Part shown: positions 61,261 to 64,000 of the stretch, one piece after another
How the letters are laid out: each line of letters opens with the position of its first letter
How positions within the stretch are numbered: position 1 is the stretch's first letter
Assembly (NCBI GenBank): GCA_965200965.1
Contig: OZ241744.1
Span: 1,056,001-1,120,000, forward strand
DNA from: an uncultured Candidatus Binatia bacterium
GTDB taxonomy: Bacteria > Desulfobacterota > Binatia > Bin18
Length of the DNA stretch: 64,000 nucleotides
Direction: 5' to 3'
The notes under the pieces: model-generated
What the model was told of the DNA's origin: nothing
Databases searched by the model: none
Seen by the model: only the letters and a program-made list of their open reading frames with translations
Made by a program: the position numbers and the translations under genes

Positions 61261-62481
61261 CTACCCCCTCCCGGTACCGGCACAGACCTCCGGGTGCTGC
61301 TTCAGCCATTCGAGCAAGGTCTCCGCGGCCCAGCGGTGGCCAGTGACATTCCAGTGAGGGTCGTGACGCCACTCCGCATCTCTGAGTGTGGCCCCCTGGC
61401 GGAGGATATAGTCAGCCTGATCAATCACGGGAATGCCAAGCGCCGAGGCCAAGGCCTGCGTCCGGTCAAATACGCCAGTTCCCGAGAACTTCATCTTCAT
61501 GCGGTGGGACGCCAGAATGACCAGCCTGGCCCCGTCACGGGCGGCGCGCGCCTTGAACTGCTCAAGCGCAAAGGCCGTGTAATCCAGGGCCTCCTCAATC
61601 ACTGGCGGCAGGTCACCTTGCGGGAACATCAGCATCATGCTGCCCATGCTGGCCGGTTGCCATCCTTCAAGCATCGTGGCATAGCCAGGCAGTTGCCGCA
61701 ACGCGTCCATTCTCCTTTTGAGCCGGTAATAGTGGTACCCGCGGCGGAAGCTATTCCCCGACTTGGCATTCAACCAGTTGACGAACCAGGACATCTTGTT
61801 CGCTTCTTCTATGACGCGAACGCTCCAGGATTGGGGGGGGGGGTCAGAAAGGCTGGGCAACTTGACATAATCGGGATGGGGGGGACGTAATGTCAGCGTC
61901 CCATCCGGGTGCCTTGCCACGCTAGGCTCCGGAAGGTGTGCTGGATCGTATCCCGTCCCCAGTGCCCGCAGAATTGGAGCGTTGTTCTTAAAATCGTTCG
62001 GCACGAACACCAGGACCACCAGCTTGGGACGGAGAACCCGGACATAGGCATCGTAGAACGCGAGTTGCCAGACTTGGCCGGTGTCCTCAAGCCCAAAGGC
62101 CGAGGTGGTGATGTGCAGGTGGGGCAGGTCACGGGCAGCGAGTGCCTCAAGCCGGATGTGGAACTTGTCGGCGATGGGGACCTGCCTCGCCTCCACATAG
62201 GAGTCGCCGATCATGGCAAGGTGGCAGCTTGCCGCGGCGCGCGCAGGACTCAGGGGCTCCCGGTCAAGGAAGCCCAGGCGGTTGGCGCGGGAGACGGTCC
62301 AGTAGTCAAGCCGGTTCGTAGAGTGTACCTCGCTATGGGGCTTCCGCAGGAATCCAACCCCAGGGATGAAGTGGGCGGAGCTACGCTGAGTCATAAACGG
62401 CGTCGTCAGCCGGAAGTACGCCTCTCCGCCGAGCACGATCAGGCTCAGACCCCCGAGGAGCAGGAGCACATTCCAGCCCAT
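61261..62481 (-). CDS. Membrane-anchored SGNH/GDSL hydrolase-like protein (copy 1)
   Basis: N-terminal TM, IGDSYVE, FVPNDF and DPHWN..GH. The 5' end is altered by a duplication. Confidence 0.8.
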   Translation of the reverse strand: MGWNVLLLLGGLSLIVLGGEAYFRLTTPFMTQRSSAHFIPGVGFLRKPHSEVHSTNRLDYWTVSRANRLGFLDREPLSPARAAASCHLAMIGDSYVEARQVPIADKFHIRLEALAARDLPHLHITTSAFGLEDTGQVWQLAFYDAYVRVLRPKLVVLVFVPNDFKNNAPILRALGTGYDPAHLPEPSVARHPDGTLTLRPPHPDYVKLPSLSDPPPQSWSVRVIEEANKMSWFVNWLNAKSGNSFRRGYHYYRLKRRMDALRQLPGYATMLEGWQPASMGSMMLMFPQGDLPPVIEEALDYTAFALEQFKARAARDGARLVILASHRMKMKFSGTGVFDRTQALASALGIPVIDQADYILRQGATLRDAEWRHDPHWNVTGHRWAAETLLEWLKQHPEVCAGTGRG

Positions 62482-62557
62482 CACACGCACGGCGCTCAGC
62501 CACCCGCACCCGCAACTCCCCCGAGGAGCAGGAGCACATTCCAGCCCATCACACGCA
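62450..62557. repeat. 40-bp direct repeat (68-bp offset) at the 5' end of SGNH copy 1
   Basis: CCCCCGAGGAGCAGGAGCACATTCCAGCCCATCACACGCA at 62450-62489 and 62518-62557. Confidence 0.9.
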
Positions 62558-62784
62558 AAGCACGGCAAAGTTTCATGCTTTCCTCAAAAAAGCACTGGCG
62601 GTGGCCTCGTTCTTGCCACACCGCAGCACACTGCCCGGCTGATGTCGCCCGCGCCCGCGCCTATGATAGGCCGCCATATCCACCGGCAGGAGCACACGGT
62701 GTTGGACCACCTCCCTTGTAGAGGAGGCGATCCAGAGGGACTGGGTGCGCGTACTTGGCGAGCAGCGGCACACCCCGCAGACTT

Positions 62785-64000
62785 TCAGGGTGCGCCCTTG
62801 GCTGCCGCACCGGCACAGACCTCCGGATGCTGCTTCAGCCACTCGAGCAAGGCCTCCGCGGCCCAGCGGTGGCCGGTCACATTCCAGTGAGCGTCGTGAC
62901 GCCACTGCGCATCTCTGAGCGTGGCCCCCTGGCGGAGTATATAATCAGCCTGATCAATCACGGGAATGCCAAGCGCCGCAGCCAGGGCCTGCAGCCGGTC
63001 AAATATGCCAGTTCCCCAGAACCTCATCTTCGTGCGGTGGGACGCCAGAATAACCAGCCTGGCCCCGTCACGGGCGGCGCGCGCCTTGAACTGCTCGAGT
63101 GCAAAGGCCGTGTAATCCACGGCATCCGCGAACACAGGCGGCAACGCAGCTTGCGCGAACATCCCGACCATACTGCCCGTAATCGGCTGCCACCCCTCCA
63201 ACACTGTGGCATAGCGCGGACGTTGGCCCAGCAACTCTACTCGCCCGCTGATCCGCTGCGACCAGTCGAGGGCCCGGCGGAAAGGAATCCAGCGCTTGGT
63301 GTTCGGCTTGGCAGCCAGCCACTTCGCAAACCAGGACAACTGGATCGCTTTCTGTGCAGCGTGAAAGCGCCAGGGTTGAGGAGAGGGGGGGGGGAAGGGA
63401 GGCAACCAGCCAGGATTGGGAGAGGGGGGACGGAGTGCCAGCGTCCCATCCGGGTGCCTTATCGCGCTCGGCGATGGGAGGCGGTCCGGGTCTTCGCCCA
63501 TGTCCAATGCCCAGAGAATGGGAGCGTTGTTCAGAAAATCGTTCGGCACGAACACCAGGACTACCAGCTTGGGACGGAGAACCCGGACATAGGCGTCGTA
63601 GAGCGCGAGTTGCCAGACTTGGCCGCTATTGTTCCGTCCAAAGGCCGAGGTGGTGATCTGCAGGTGGGGCAGGTGGCGGGCAGCGAGTGCCTCAAGGCGG
63701 ACGTGAAACTTGTCGGCGATGGGGACCTGCGTCGCCGCCACGAGGGAGTCGCCGATCATGGTGAGGTGGCAGCTTGCCGCGGCGCGTGCGGGACTCGGGG
63801 GATCCCGGTCAAGGAAGCCCAGGCGGTTGGTGCGGGAGATGGTCCAGTAGTCGAGCCGGTTCGTAGAGCGCACCTCGCTATAGGGCTTCCACAGGCGTCC
63901 AACCCCAGGGATGAAGTGGGAGGGGCCGCGCGAGGTCATGAACGGCGTCGTCAGCCGGAAGTACGCCTCTCCGCCGAGCGCAATCAGGGCTAAGCCCCCG
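62785..64000 (-). CDS. SGNH/GDSL hydrolase-like protein (copy 2, 5' end outside the window)
   Basis: Close paralog of 61261-62481: IGDSLV, FVPNDF and DAHWNVTGH. Confidence 0.8.
   Translation of the reverse strand, partial: GGLALIALGGEAYFRLTTPFMTSRGPSHFIPGVGRLWKPYSEVRSTNRLDYWTISRTNRLGFLDRDPPSPARAAASCHLTMIGDSLVAATQVPIADKFHVRLEALAARHLPHLQITTSAFGRNNSGQVWQLALYDAYVRVLRPKLVVLVFVPNDFLNNAPILWALDMGEDPDRLPSPSAIRHPDGTLALRPPSPNPGWLPPFPPPSPQPWRFHAAQKAIQLSWFAKWLAAKPNTKRWIPFRRALDWSQRISGRVELLGQRPRYATVLEGWQPITGSMVGMFAQAALPPVFADAVDYTAFALEQFKARAARDGARLVILASHRTKMRFWGTGIFDRLQALAAALGIPVIDQADYILRQGATLRDAQWRHDAHWNVTGHRWAAEALLEWLKQHPEVCAGAAAKGAP

Noticed and set aside
29398-63993. Long antisense ORFs (e.g. 29398-30417, 36521-37771, 46212-47336, 55540-56646, 56856-57968, 62755-63993)
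   Set aside because: They are shadows of well-supported genes on the opposite strand, as expected at high GC.

Overview
GC-rich bacterial chromosome segment. It opens with a very long minus-strand ankyrin-repeat gene (at least 27 repeats of about 102 bp) that runs off the window and is absent from the ORF track. Most of the rest is catabolic and redox genes: five luciferase-like monooxygenases, several SDRs, amidohydrolases, a P450, an acyl-CoA dehydrogenase and cupins. There is also a USP/CBS stress cluster and a tripartite RND efflux operon whose TetR regulator is decayed. A type I restriction-modification island has hsdM frameshifted at the NPPF motif and carries two inserts: a Phd-VapC remnant bounded by 17-bp direct repeats, and an antisense NYN ribonuclease gene with its own promoter and structured leader. 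A second solitary NYN cassette lies at about 16.2 kb. The right end is a surface-glycan island (IS4 scar, sulfotransferase-like gene, GT4, methyltransferase, tandem SGNH paralogs with long poly-C tracts). The gene content and the many decayed genes suggest a host-associated, possibly sponge-associated Binatia-like bacterium (inference only). No rRNA, tRNA or CRISPR array was seen.
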